Shown here in pieces: positions 27,648-38,102 of a stretch of 64,000 nucleotides of DNA. The stretch comes from an uncultured Armatimonadia bacterium. GTDB taxonomy: Bacteria > Armatimonadota > Zipacnadia > CAVVLO01. Numbering within the stretch: the first letter of the stretch is position 1; every line of letters starts with the position of its first letter. The stretch spans positions 1 to 64,000 of the forward strand of contig CAVVLO010000001.1 in the NCBI GenBank assembly GCA_963749155.1, written 5' to 3'. The notes beneath the pieces are model-generated. The model worked only from the letters and a program-made list of their open reading frames with translations. It was not told the DNA's origin and ran no database searches. Position numbers and translations under genes: made by a program.

Positions 27648-30600
27648 TCAGTCCGCCTTTTCCGAGCTGAAGACAGTCACTTCCGCCTGGCGAGTGAAGT
27701 CGAGAGAGGCCGCCAGGGCATCCAGTATCGCGCTGGGCTCCGCCGGGCAGGGGCCGCCGTAGATGACGAAATGGCTCGCAGGCGGGCTGCCATCTAGTCC
27801 CACGCCGCCCATCCCGCCGCCCGGACCTACGATATGCCTGACACGCGCGCCAGGAGTGAGCAGGGCCAGCAGCGCTCCATCGGGGACGAACTTGGCGCCC
27901 CACTGCACTCCGCTGCGGGCCTCTTGAGATTCTACTCCTGCCGTTGGCCGCAGCGGGCCAGTAGCACCGCCTGGGAAGAGATAACTGCCGGGCGTTTTGC
28001 TCTCGGCGCCCATCAGCGAGATGTCGTCATAACACCAGAACCACGAGGTGGGGGTGTTGAGAGTGACCTCGGCCCACGGGACGCCTGCCCACAGGCTGAT
28101 TGTCTTCACCAGCCCCTCAGGACTGCTGCAACGCACGCGCACCAGCGCCGGACCATTGTTCTCCACTTTCAACTTGTTGCTGGCGCTGCGTCCCGCGCCG
28201 GGGCTGACATCCGCAAAGCCGGCCCAGCCGGCCTCGCCCGGCTCGGTGAGGTCAAGACCCTCCAGGGCCTTCACTTCCCAGCGATAAATATGTGCCCCTT
28301 CTTTACCGAGCAGCAGGCGAAGGTCGGCGTTTTCGAGCCCTTTCATATTGTCCGGGGCGTCCTCGCAGGTCACTGCCCCCGCCTTCCCTGAAGGCTTTGG
28401 TCCGCCGTAGTAGAGCAGCAGCCTGCGCGTGGCGCCGGCCTCGGTACGGCCCGGCAGCAGGAAGGCCAGCCGCTTGCCCCCCTTCCCGGAGTCCACCTGG
28501 CAGAGCACCGGTGTCTGGGCGCAGTCCTCGCCAAGCTCCATCAACTGTGCCGAGGTGCCCAGGCCCTTCCGGGAGGGCAGGTCCACTTCGAGGGGGAGGT
28601 CTACCCTTGCCACGTCACCGGCAGCGACAGAAAGGCCAAAACGATAAGGCTGGTCTGGCAGCGCCCAGGCGGCATCGGAGGCAAGGGCTGTTTCCAGCAC
28701 CTGCGCCGGGCAGGTCGCGCGCGCGCCAGTCTCAACCAGACGCAGGCCAAGGGCCTTGGCGGAAGGCAACTCGCCGCGCTCGGAGAGGCTGGCCTTCGCG
28801 TCGGCAAGTGATGTCAGCAGCGCATCATAGCGCTCAATCAGCGCATCGTAGCGGCGCTCGATGCCATCCAGCACATACGGTTTATTGGCGGCGAGGAAGA
28901 TCGCCCTGTAACGTGCCTTGAGGTCAGCGTGGGCATCGCGCAACTGCTGAAGGAGGTCCGTCGATTTCGCCAGTTCGGCTTCAGCCGCTACGCGGTCCGG
29001 CAAGGCCTTTTCGGCGGCCTCGTAAGCGTCCGCAGCGTCGAGGAACCCAAGCTGGCGCGTGGCGATGAGCTGCATCCGCTCCGCGCCAAATATGAGTGTA
29101 TCGAGGTCGCTCTGGTTGAAACGCGCCTCGGCCCGAGCTTTGTGGAGGTGCTCCAGCGCCGGCTTTGTAAGGGCAAGCAGGGCCTTCGCCTGGCGCCTGG
29201 CCTCGGTCTCGGTCGAGGCAGACTGCCCATAATAACCTTGCAGGAATTCCCGGTTCATCATCCCGCTGTAACCGGGCAGTCGGAAGGTCTTCCCCAGCAG
29301 CTCGATGGCCTGGCCAAAGTCATCGTCACCTTCGCCGTATAGCACAGCACCGACCCGGCGGTTAAAATCTTTGATTGAGGTGGCAGAACCGTTCCAGGCG
29401 CACTCGGCGCTCCAGGCAAGGCCGTGCCAATTATAGGCATAGAGATTCTCGCTATCGTCCGACCAGACGGTATTGAGCATCCCCAGCGCGCCCAGCCTGG
29501 TCCCATCGCGCACATAGTTGTGGATATTGGTCACCGCGACGTCGAAATCGGGCAGCACACGCCCCCAGCAGCTAACGCCCGGGCAGACGAAGAACTCATA
29601 GCCCGAATCGGCGAAGGGCTTGATGGCTTCCTCGAAGGAGGGGCGCGGGTCATAGCCCCAGGAAAGCATCACCGTATCCTGGGGTATCTGATCCAGCTCT
29701 TCCGGGTGCTGCAGGATGATGTCCCCCCACATCATCATCCGCTTGCCGTATTTGTCGCGCAGCAGATCGTGGATGCGCCTGATATGCCGCACATAGACCC
29801 CACCCACGCCGATCTCATCGGCCAGTTCCTTCGAGGGGCCGGTGCCCAGATCAAATGTCTCATCGCAACAGACATTGAAAAGTTTCGAGTCCAGCAGGGG
29901 CGCTTCCTCGGAATAGAGGTCGTCCAGCAGCTTGTAGGTGGCCTCGACGGTCGGGCAGATAGTGAAGAGTGTCTCGCGCAGGTCTTTGTAGGCATCCAGT
30001 TGGAGGATCCCAGTCAGATGACCGAAGGACTGCTGGCAACCGATGAGTTCTACGTTCAGCGGACGGCAGTAATCGTTAAGGGCTTTCAGCTCCGCCGGCA
30101 GGAGGCTGCCGTCTTTGGGGCCGATGTCCGGGTGCTTCGCGAAGGCATACTGGTGCTCCATATAATAGGTGAAGCCATTCAGCTTGAGCAGCGCGCCGAG
30201 GTCTACCTCTCGTTTGAGGGTTGTGAGTTTCGGGCTCTGGCCGCGGGTGATGTCGTCCTGAAAGACTCGGTAGCGCAGTGAGGGCCAGTCGCGGATGGTG
30301 ACGCCGGGCAGGGCCTGCCCGTCCAGATTCGCGCGCGCGAGCTGCCGCAGGGTGCCGATGCCGCAGGCAAGTCCGGGCTCCCCAAGGGCCGCGACGGTAA
30401 CGCGGTCAGGGCGGACCTCCAGCCCATAGCCCTCGCGCTGGTCCGGCAGTGACTTCAGCGAGGCCGGTCTGCCAGCTTCAAGCGAAAGAGCAAGCACCCA
30501 TTGGCCGCCTTCGGCCGGCGCGGGCAGCAACGTGACTTCGCACAAGACGCCGGTCCTCTGGCCCAGCTCGGTAGCAAGCTCTTCGGCGGCGTGGCGAGCA

Positions 30601-30797
30601 GTTGGGCCATCGCTAACGGCAAGCTGCAGGCGCGCTGGTAGTGTAAAGCCGGCCTTCTCCAGCTTAACCTGTTTGGGGAAGGGCACCAGGCGCAGGTCGG
30701 CGGCCTTCCTGGGGGCGGCATAACTGCTAGCCGCGGAAAACAGCAAGCCGAGTAGCGCCAGAGTCAGCACGCGCAGGGCAGGGGTGGCAAGGTCCAT
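27648..30797 (-). CDS. Secreted GH20-like beta-N-acetylhexosaminidase with long C-terminal extension
   Basis: ATG 30797 after GGAGG; signal peptide; LVPFPKQV, EGYGLEV, TIRDWPSLRYRVFQDDITRG, QSFGHL, catalytic NVCCDET, MMMWGDI, WGY. Confidence 0.8.
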   Translation of the reverse strand: MDLATPALRVLTLALLGLLFSAASSYAAPRKAADLRLVPFPKQVKLEKAGFTLPARLQLAVSDGPTARHAAEELATELGQRTGVLCEVTLLPAPAEGGQWVLALSLEAGRPASLKSLPDQREGYGLEVRPDRVTVAALGEPGLACGIGTLRQLARANLDGQALPGVTIRDWPSLRYRVFQDDITRGQSPKLTTLKREVDLGALLKLNGFTYYMEHQYAFAKHPDIGPKDGSLLPAELKALNDYCRPLNVELIGCQQSFGHLTGILQLDAYKDLRETLFTICPTVEATYKLLDDLYSEEAPLLDSKLFNVCCDETFDLGTGPSKELADEIGVGGVYVRHIRRIHDLLRDKYGKRMMMWGDIILQHPEELDQIPQDTVMLSWGYDPRPSFEEAIKPFADSGYEFFVCPGVSCWGRVLPDFDVAVTNIHNYVRDGTRLGALGMLNTVWSDDSENLYAYNWHGLAWSAECAWNGSATSIKDFNRRVGAVLYGEGDDDFGQAIELLGKTFRLPGYSGMMNREFLQGYYGQSASTETEARRQAKALLALTKPALEHLHKARAEARFNQSDLDTLIFGAERMQLIATRQLGFLDAADAYEAAEKALPDRVAAEAELAKSTDLLQQLRDAHADLKARYRAIFLAANKPYVLDGIERRYDALIERYDALLTSLADAKASLSERGELPSAKALGLRLVETGARATCPAQVLETALASDAAWALPDQPYRFGLSVAAGDVARVDLPLEVDLPSRKGLGTSAQLMELGEDCAQTPVLCQVDSGKGGKRLAFLLPGRTEAGATRRLLLYYGGPKPSGKAGAVTCEDAPDNMKGLENADLRLLLGKEGAHIYRWEVKALEGLDLTEPGEAGWAGFADVSPGAGRSASNKLKVENNGPALVRVRCSSPEGLVKTISLWAGVPWAEVTLNTPTSWFWCYDDISLMGAESKTPGSYLFPGGATGPLRPTAGVESQEARSGVQWGAKFVPDGALLALLTPGARVRHIVGPGGGMGGVGLDGSPPASHFVIYGGPCPAEPSAILDALAASLDFTRQAEVTVFSSEKAD

Positions 30798-30817
30798 AAG
30801 TTTGGGGCCTCCCAAAG

Positions 30818-33035
30818 CTAGGTCATATGGGTTGTGCGGGCGATGATGTCCTCTTGCAGGATGGGGTCAAGCGTCACAAAGCGCGCGCAGAAGCCTCCCA
30901 CCCGCACCACGAGGTTGCGGTAAGCGTCCGGATCGGCCTGAGCGGCGCGCAGAGTCGCGACGTCCACCACGTTCACCATCAACTGCTGGCCACCAAGGTG
31001 GAAGTAGGTGTCGAACAGGTCGCCCACTTTCGCGACGCCGGCTGCCTTATCGCCCTCGAAGACAGTGGGGGAGAACTTCATATTCAGGCAGAAGCCACTC
31101 GTCGCCAGGCGATGGGGAAGCCGGGCGGCGGAGAGCAACATCGCAGTCGGCCCGCTGCGATCTCGTCCGGCCGAAGGCCCGCAGGAGTCCGCCACCAGTT
31201 GGCCCTTGCGCCTGCCATCGGCGCCAGCAGCCAGATCTCGGCCATACTCAGGCGCGCGCACGAACACGCTAAGGCCGCCCGAATAGGTGCCTCCGCGCCA
31301 GGTCCGGTGCGTGTTGAGAGCGCGGAAGAAGCACTCCACGGCTTCGGAGGCCAGCGCGTCCACCTCGGGCACATCGTTGCCGTATTTGGGGAAGCGCTCT
31401 GTCACCTCGGCAAGCAAGGCCTCGTGGCCAACCCAGTCGGCGTCGAGAATCGCGATGAACTCCGGCAGGCTGTAGCGGCCTTCTTCGAAGACCAGCCGGC
31501 CCAGGGTATAGAGCGAATCGGCGGTGTTGGCTATCCCCTCGGTGAGAAACTGGCCGTGGTTGTAGAGGCAGCCGCCGCGTTTCATATCCAGGCCGCGCTC
31601 GACACACTGGCCGAGGAACAGCGACCTGTAGAGATGCGGGGCGCTCTCGGCAATGGCCTGCTGGAAGACATTGGCCTTACGTGTCAGCAGCGCTGTGGCG
31701 TGGCGGATCTGCGCCCAGACCTGATCTTTCAGAGTATCGAAGTCGCGTATCTCCTCGGCAGGGAGGGTCTTGGCGCCCGCCTGGCGACCAGTGATGGGGC
31801 TCATCCCGCCATGGAGGGCCAGCTCAAGACACTTGGCGAGGTTGAGTTCGCCGTCCTCGAGGCCCATATGACTGAGCCCCTGGATGTCCACCTGGTTGCA
31901 GCCGTTCATAGCATAGTTGCGCGCGTCTTCGAGGGGGACGCCGAGGTCACAGAGAGCCGGCACCATCACCTCATCGTTGTAGAGGGCGGGCAGGCCGCAG
32001 CCGGTGGCGATGACCTGGACGCAGCGCTGCATCAGGCGCGGCGGGCTGCCGGCGAAGAAGCGCACAGTGAGGTTGGGCGCCTCGCGGCGATATTTCTCCT
32101 GCAGATCGAGACAGAGCCAGGTCAGTTCATTGGTGGCATCGCGCCCATCGGCGGTCTGGCCAGCGAGGCAGACATTCCAACTGCGGCAGGCAATGAAGCT
32201 CTCCCACAGCGCGGCCATAACTGGATAGGCGGCGGCATAGCGGGCTTCGGCATCACCCGGCAGCAACTCGTACCAGGGAAGGAGATACTGATCGAGGCGC
32301 CCAGGCGAATCGGTCCGGTCGAGCACATGGATGAACCAGAGCAGTTGGACGGCTTCGCGCAGGTCGCGGGCAGGGCCGGTGGTAAGGTGTTCGCAGATTT
32401 CGGAAATCTCCTGATAATGCGCTCGGTCGGCTTCATCCTGCGCTTCGGCGGCAAGCTCTCGGGCGCGCGCGACGTGATTGCTGATGAAGGTGCCGATGCC
32501 CGCGCAGACGTGCAGCAGGCCGCGATACCAGCCCAGGGTTGCCTCGGCAGCGCCTGTCTCCTCTGCGATGGAAAGGTGCCGTTGGACGTAGTCCGTGAGG
32601 CCGGTGACACCGTGGTTCAGGACATACTCGTAATTGAGGATGGCGTGACCGCCCCAACCGCCGCCCCAACCCAGGGAAGGCTCTTGCAAAGTAGCCTTTT
32701 CTTCTGCTGTAAAGCTTGGCTTCAATCGCATGCCAGAAGGCAGCGCCCGTCGTGTGGGACTGCCACTCTTCAAGCACTGCGCGGGCTTCAGCTTCGTGCT
32801 CAGTGTCTAGCAGGAAGTCAGGCACACCGCTCGCAGTGTAGAGGCCGCCGTGGTCGAGTAGCACCAGGGAGGCAGAACCAGGCCTTCCAGCCAGGAGATT
32901 ATCGCGCAAGACTACCGGCTCGCGGGAGGAGTATTCGGCTTCGAGCGCGCAGCCGAGGGCTTCATCATAGCCCGCGCCTTGGTTCGTCGCCTCGGCAAAG
33001 GCGCGGCTAAAAGAGAACACTGCGTCAGTCTTCAT
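30818..33035 (-). CDS. Glycyl radical enzyme (PFL-like family), substrate unknown; frameshift at ~32712
   Basis: ATG 33035 overlaps the upstream TGA. GHAILNYEYVL..G, SPGRLDQYL, Cys loop YAMNGCNQ, FPKYGND, ADGRRKG, Gly loop LVVRVGGF, QEDIIART. N-terminal part lies in ORF 32433..33038. Confidence 0.88.
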
Positions 33036-35087
33036 CAAACTGGAGCCCTCCAGAGAAGCGTTTCGCTAGATAATAACAGCTGGTACCGGATTTGCGCCTT
33101 CACCAGGCAGCTTGTTTTGAAGGGCGGCAGGTGAAGCTCCAGCTCGCCAGCCTCGAAGCGCCACAGGCACTCGGTCCTTGCGGTGTCGCACCAGACCTCA
33201 ACCGCTTCGGGCCTGGGTGACTTCAATCTGAGCAACAAGCCTTTGGCTTGCTCATCAGAATGATTGACTAAATACGCTCCCAGAGATTGTTTCCCTGTAA
33301 GGGGCATACAGGTGACCTCAGGCGAGTCGGGCAAGAGGGTTAAGCTTCCGGCCAGACCAGCTTCTCTCAGGGCGCGCATCGCGGCCAGGCGCTCGGGGGC
33401 AGCCTGCGCCAAGGTGCGCTGCCAAAGCAACTGGGGAGGGGTATCTCCGGCGTGGCCATCCCGCACCAGTGGGCCCCAATAAGGAGGCGCCGAGGTCGGG
33501 GAGAGCCTTGCGAGAGAGGCCTTTGGGGGAAAGCCGAGTGCCGCCTTCGTCTCTTTCTGCAAATCGCCCACTCGTGATAAGCAATCCGCCCCGACCGGAG
33601 TAGTCACTTAGCTCTGCAAGGGCCTTCTTCGGCAGCACAGCGCAGTCCGGCACGACCACCCAGGGGTAGTCCTCGAGGGAGAGGCCAGCTTCCAGGTCGC
33701 GGAGAGTGACCAGATCGACCCCAAGCTGCATACTGCGAAGCAGCTTGTACCAACCGAGATAGCTGGCCGGGTCGTTTTTGAAGCCTTCGGCGTCCTTTGG
33801 TGAGGCGGGCAGCACCGGTACGATAAGCGCGCCGTCAGGTTTGGGCTCAAGTCCCTCGGTTATTTGGATTGCGCGTTTGCCCTCATCCACCATAGAGCGC
33901 AACTCGTCCATCGGCCAGTCGGGGTAGAAGTTGAAATCAGTCGCGCCGTTCCAGCAGCAGTATTGCAGGCCGGTCGCGCCATGCTGGACGGCCGCGTGGG
34001 TCGCGCGCAGCATTGGGAGATAACCGATATGGACACCCGCGGCAAAATCGAGCAGGTCGAGGATCCACATAGGCTTGCCAGCCTTGCGCGCCAGGTCGAG
34101 GCCCGCTTCGATCCGGTGGGGATCGCCTTCCGAAAGGGGAAGTTGCATCGCCAGCACATCGAGAGCTTCGGCGCGGCGGGCGACTTCGTCCACTCCCACG
34201 GCAGCCCACTGGCGATAGTCCCATTCCGCGACCGAGCCCCAGGCGAAGGTCAGATAACTGGTCACAGGACGCGAGGGATCGATGCGCTTGATTTGGGTGG
34301 CCAGAGCGTCCATCGCCTCGGCCGAGGTCTCCTCCCAGAAGCGCTGCCAGTCGGAAGTAGCTGTGTCCGTATTGGTATAAGCAGGTTGGGGGCCGTGATA
34401 GAGCACCTGTATCAGCCCAGGGCGCTTGCGAGCGAAAAGCTCCGGGACGACCAGCCGGGGTGGCTCCACCTCGCCAAAACTGGTGTAATCTGCGCCCCAG
34501 GCGGTATTGAGCGCTTTCAATTTGCCATATCGCCCCTCCAGCCACTGGTGGAAACGCGCCAGGTCGGCCTGGTTGTAGCGATATTCGGCTGGGAACCACC
34601 ATTCCACCCCCGCGACATAATGGGTCACGAGCCCTTCGCGGTCGACGCGCCGGATATGCTTCAGGACGGTTTGGAGGAAGCGCTCCTGGGCTTGCTGGAA
34701 AAGAGCAGAGGTCAGGCTCGGAATATGGCTGTCCGTTCCATCAACGCCCAGCCCGTTCTGGCCGGCTGCGCTGGTCTCCTGCCTAAGCCAGATGGGGCTG
34801 CAAAAAATATTGCATTCCAGCAGCAGCACAATCCGGTAGCCGCCTTTACGCGCGGCCTCGAGTTGGCGGTCAAGGGGCACAAGGTCAATATGGCCTTTCT
34901 CCCTTTCCATATAAACCCAGGCGGCCCGAGCCAGCATTGTCGTGGCGCCGGACTCTGGCACCTGGTCGGTGCCGACATCCACATAAGGATAATGCCAGAT
35001 GAATCCAACGGCTGGCTCTTCTGCCCTTGCGGCCTGGGGCTTAATCAAGAGTATCAGCAAGGCGAATAACCCAAGCAGAAATCGCAT
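33035..35087 (-). CDS. Secreted GH42 beta-galactosidase-like protein; frameshift at ~33485
   Basis: ATG 35087 after GGAGG; signal peptide; W..E..KG..D...LD, FHQWLEGRYGKLKALNTAWG, DWQRF, IKRIDPSRPVT, trimerisation-like LEDYPWVVVPD; C-terminus continues in ORF 33035..33607. Confidence 0.7.
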
Positions 35088-35218
35088 CGAGCCACCTCCG
35101 AAGTGGTGCAGGCAGCATAACTGCACGGCGCAGGTTGGTCAACGGCCTGGGCAGGAAGAAAGCCTGCTTTCGTCGAACCTTGTTTGCATCCGCCGGCTTG
35201 CGTAACAGGAGGGGGCAG

Positions 35219-36895
35219 ATGCAGTTCTCCACACTCGACCTCATCGTAGTGCTGGTCTATCTGGTTGGCATCTTCGTTTTGGGCATCTGGCAGGCCAGGC
35301 GCATCAAAGGCTCTGGCGATTATTTCGCCGGGGGAAGAGGGTTCAACCGCTTCCTGATGATGATGCACGCGCTGGGAACCGGCACCCACGCGGACGACCC
35401 CGTCGGGGTCGTCGGAGCGAGCTTCCAGCGCGGTTTTTCAGGCATCTGGTACACCTTTGTCTATCTCTTCTGCACACCTTTTTACTGGTTAATAGCGCCC
35501 TTTTTCAGGCGCAGCAGGATGCTGACCACCTCTGACTTCTTCGAGACGCGCTTCAGCAAGCGGCTGGGCCTGCTCTACACGGTGATGGGCAGCCTTACCT
35601 TTACTGTAAACATCGGTACCATGCTGAAGGGCACCGGCACAGTGGCTGCAGCCGTGACCCAGGGGGTCATCCCCGAGTGGCTTGCGGTCGTCGTAATGGC
35701 GGTTATCTTCGTGGCTTACGGCACAGCCGGTGGCCTTATCGCGACTGTGGTGACTGAATCGGTTCAGGGCTTGCTGATAGTCGTAATGAGCCTGCTGCTG
35801 GTGCCCTTCGGCCTGATGCATGTAGGAGGCTTTGCGGGTCTGCATAACTTGCTGGACGGCTCCAAGTTCAGCCTGGCGACGCCCGAGGAACTGTCAATCG
35901 CCTGGATTGTCGCTGCGACCATCGCAAGCCTCATCGGCATTGTTGCTCAACCGCACACTATGGAGGTCTGCTCCACCGGCAAGACCGAATGGGAGGGCCG
36001 TGTTGGCTTTACCTACGGCAACTTTATCAAGCGACTCTGCGCCCTCGGCTGGGCGGTCACGGGCGTCATCGTGCTGGCGATGGTAGCTCAGGGCACGTTG
36101 CCGGAACTTGCCCATCGCGAGGATGCTTTTGGCACCGCTATCCGGGTACTGCTGCCGAGTGGCTTCACCGGGCTGATGCTGGCGGCGATCCTGGCCGCGC
36201 AGATGTCCACTCTCTCGGCCTTTATGGTCGCAGGCTCGGCGCTGCTGTCGCGCAACGTCTACCGCGGCTGGCTCAATCCCGCCGCAAGCGATGAGAGCGT
36301 GGTAAAAGTCGCGCGATATGCTGGCCTCCTGGTGGTGCTGGCAGGGGTCGCTTTCGCCTTCATCGTGCCGGGAGTCGCGGATGCGCTGACCTACTTCTGG
36401 GCGATCACGACCTTCACTGGAGTCTCGATCTGGTTTGGCACTCTGTGGCGCAAGACCACGGCGGCCGGCGCCTGGGCGTCCTTCTTCGTTATGGTGGTCA
36501 TCTGGATTGCCCTCGGCCCGCTCGGTGGTCCCTTGAAGCACCTGCTGCCGCAGTTCGGCTGGCTTGGGATATACGGCGACAAGGCGCAGCTGCCGTGGCT
36601 GCTGCTCTCCTACCTGCCTGCGGGCCTCCTCGCGCTGGTGGTGGGCAGCCTGCTCGGCAGGCCGGTGTCCGAGAAGCGCCTCGATGACTTCTACCTGCTG
36701 ATCAAGACCCCTGTTGGGGAGGAGGGGCGTCTGAAAGAGGCAGGCGTGGACGTCATCTACGCGGGCCAGAGCGAAGGCCATCCGTGGGAACTGAAGCATC
36801 CGCGCCTCGTGAACTGGCTCGGTTTTGGCTTCGCCTTCCTGGTTTCGCTCGCTTTCCTGGGGCTGCTATGGCTGGTCGCCGGCTGGGGCGGCTAG
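35219..36895 (+). CDS. Sodium:solute symporter family protein (probable sugar transporter)
   Basis: ATG 35219 after AGGAGGGG; DYFAGGR, YGTAGGLIATVVTESVQG, GLMLAAILAAQMST; 13-14 TM helices. Confidence 0.88.
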   Translation: MQFSTLDLIVVLVYLVGIFVLGIWQARRIKGSGDYFAGGRGFNRFLMMMHALGTGTHADDPVGVVGASFQRGFSGIWYTFVYLFCTPFYWLIAPFFRRSRMLTTSDFFETRFSKRLGLLYTVMGSLTFTVNIGTMLKGTGTVAAAVTQGVIPEWLAVVVMAVIFVAYGTAGGLIATVVTESVQGLLIVVMSLLLVPFGLMHVGGFAGLHNLLDGSKFSLATPEELSIAWIVAATIASLIGIVAQPHTMEVCSTGKTEWEGRVGFTYGNFIKRLCALGWAVTGVIVLAMVAQGTLPELAHREDAFGTAIRVLLPSGFTGLMLAAILAAQMSTLSAFMVAGSALLSRNVYRGWLNPAASDESVVKVARYAGLLVVLAGVAFAFIVPGVADALTYFWAITTFTGVSIWFGTLWRKTTAAGAWASFFVMVVIWIALGPLGGPLKHLLPQFGWLGIYGDKAQLPWLLLSYLPAGLLALVVGSLLGRPVSEKRLDDFYLLIKTPVGEEGRLKEAGVDVIYAGQSEGHPWELKHPRLVNWLGFGFAFLVSLAFLGLLWLVAGWGG

Positions 36896-37987
36896 GCCCC
36901 TGCGCTCAGTTCGGCTACGACCTGTTTCACGCGTTCGAGGTTGGCGCGTGGCGTGCCGACGGGCGGCGGCACCTGCAGGATGAAGCCGTGATAAAGGTCC
37001 AGCCCCTTCAGCACCTGGTGGAGATGAGCTTCGACAGCATCAGGTGTCCCGAAGCGCATCACGGCGGGCGCCGGCGTGCACATCAAGCCGATATGGTCTC
37101 CCAGCAGGGCCTGGGCCTTGCGGAAGTCTACATCCCCAGTCGGCGGCGGCGTCACCCAGTCGATGGCGTCGATACCACTATCCACCAGAGAGGGCAAAAA
37201 ACCATCCATATGGCCGCAGTCGTGCAAAACCAGTGTCTTGCCATAACTGTGGGCGATCTCGGCGAAGGCCCGATAGGCGGGCAAAATATATCTGGCGAAT
37301 TGCTCGGGCGAGAAGTAGAGGGTAGTCGCATCATCCCAGAAGACCAGCACCTGGGCCGGAGTGTTCGCGGCGAGCGCTTCCAGCTCTTCCAGCGCCTTGC
37401 GCAGCATCACCTCGAGGGTAGCCTCGACCACGGCGGTGTGGTCCTCCAGGTCGTAGACAAGCTGCACCAGGCCAACCCATACTCGACCTAGATCCATCAA
37501 GGGAGAGGAGCTGAAAGCATTGTAGCCGATGCCGTCCTCCCCGATATAAGCAAGTCGGTCGCGCACCGCCTGGATACCCTCCTGACTGACCTGGATCTCC
37601 TGGTCTTCGAACAAGGCCATCAAGGCCTCGTAGTCGGCTGGGCCCTGGACACAGTGATCCACGAGGAAAGCAGTGTTGGCCTCGCCTGAGGGGCGAGTCC
37701 GCGCGCGCAAAGTACCGGCGGGAGTGCGGTATTCGGCCAGCCAGTCGCCGTCCTCAACGCCTGATTCGACCTGACACTCGCGCTGAGGTCTGCCCACGAT
37801 ACCGGGCATCGAGCCGGTCATGCACCATCCCGCCCGCCCAATGGCACAGCGCCACCATATCGAAGGGATTCAGCAGCTCGGGGGGCGTGTCAGCGGTCAG
37901 GTTGAAGCCATCCAGAGTGACGGTATAGGGCACTTCGTCTACGCGCTCGCACCGCAGAGCGGCAAGGAACCTCTCGCGACCAGTCAT
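36892..37987 (-). CDS. Uroporphyrinogen-decarboxylase/MtaA-CmuA methyltransferase-family protein; frameshift at ~37811
   Basis: ATG 37987, MTGRERFLAALRCERVDEVP; RTPAGTL, WDD, FSPEQFARYILP, LHDCG, GIDAID, GTPRANLE. Confidence 0.78.
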
Positions 37988-38102
37988 GGCTCTCTCCAGG
38001 AAGCAGCAGTCGGGGCAGTTTCGCCGAAGCAGGGGGGCTTCCTGCCTGGCCGAATATGCGCCAAAGCCCTTAGGGGCGTTTCTTGCAGTGGGGAGGCCGG
38101 CA

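Noticed and set aside
26896..27903. 335-aa version of the response regulator with a 100-aa N-terminal extension
   Set aside because: The extension overlaps the 3' end of the GH20-like gene in another frame and is not protein-like; the receiver domain begins near 27603.
30827..33010. 727-aa plus-strand ORF
   Set aside because: Antisense shadow of the glycyl radical enzyme; no motifs or RBS; long antisense ORFs are expected in GC-rich coding DNA.
33864..35069. 401-aa plus-strand ORF (and similar ones at 29424..30281, 48037..48930, 56295..57326)
   Set aside because: Each lies antisense to a well-supported gene and lacks recognisable motifs.
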